NCBI RefSeq assembly: GCF_000341395.1
Contig: NC_020304.1
Location: 3,390,001 to 3,422,000 of the forward strand
Reading direction: 5' to 3'
DNA: 32,000 nt
Source: Desulfocapsa sulfexigens DSM 10523
Lineage (GTDB): Bacteria; Desulfobacterota; Desulfobulbia; Desulfobulbales; Desulfocapsaceae
Both the position numbers and the translations under genes were made by a program. The notes below the pieces were generated by a model. The model had not been told where the DNA came from. It did not search any database and worked only from the letters and a program-made list of their open reading frames with translations. This document shows, in pieces, positions 31,969 through 32,000 of this stretch (the stretch's first letter is position 1; every line of letters begins with the position of its first letter).

Positions 31969-32000
31969 CCTAGTACTGCAACGCCAAACCCTGCCTCGCG
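31969..32000 (+). CDS. Start of the next flagellar-operon ORF, possibly hook-length control FliK; 3' end cut by the window
   Basis: The ATG at 31969 opens METALLTPSTATPNPAS, which runs to the window edge. The call rests on position alone. Confidence 0.2.

Noticed and set aside
1-32000. Mobile elements, prophage or defence islands, CRISPR arrays, tRNA or rRNA genes
   Set aside because: I saw no transposase, integrase or recombinase motifs, no terminal inverted repeats flanking a cargo, no regularly spaced repeat array, no tRNA T-loop/acceptor patterns and no rRNA-like stretches. The window looks like stable chromosome.

Overview
This is a 32-kb chromosomal window of roughly 45% GC by eye. It comes from an anaerobe and looks Desulfobacterota-like: it has a single-chain PFOR, indolepyruvate:ferredoxin oxidoreductase and a sigma-54 type flagellar regulator. 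I cannot prove the taxon without a database search. All protein calls rest on motifs read by eye from the supplied translations; no search was run.

Layout:
- (1) Positions 1-7067 are housekeeping or miscellaneous. carB is 5'-truncated by the window edge and overlaps carA in the unusual carB-then-carA order. These are followed by a VanZ-like membrane protein, a secreted MBL-fold (ComEC-lactamase-like) protein, a convergent Tim44-like membrane protein and purE.
- (2) Positions 7116-15393 are a redox/carbon block on the plus strand. It holds nifJ-type PFOR, iorA, iorB and a divergent 701-aa biotin-carboxylase-like ATP-grasp protein with no visible BCCP or carboxyltransferase partner.
- (3) Positions 15609-16163 encode a membrane-anchored SNase-type nuclease.
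- (4) Positions 16572-32000 are a motility region.
  - It starts with a stand-alone cNMP-binding protein and a FleQ/FlrA-like sigma-54 activator whose receiver has lost its phosphorylation residues.
  - On the minus strand lie cheY, cheX, cheX and a 618-aa protein made of two tandem CheC-like modules plus a pseudo-receiver.
  - A good sigma-54 promoter then precedes an 801-aa secreted TPR protein that heads flgB-flgC-fliE-fliF-fliG-fliH-fliI-fliJ, a ylxF/motE-like gene and possibly the start of fliK.

I saw no rRNA, tRNA, CRISPR array, transposase, integrase or phage genes.

Best candidates for something undescribed:
- the phosphatase-rich, kinase-less cheY/cheX/cheX/(CheC-like x2 + pseudo-REC) module;
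- the secreted TPR protein at the head of the rod/MS-ring operon;
- the cNMP-binding protein paired with the degenerate-receiver activator;
- the orphan biotin-carboxylase-like gene behind iorAB;
- a highly structured promoter-to-terminator unit at 6124-6374 that could be an unannotated ncRNA.
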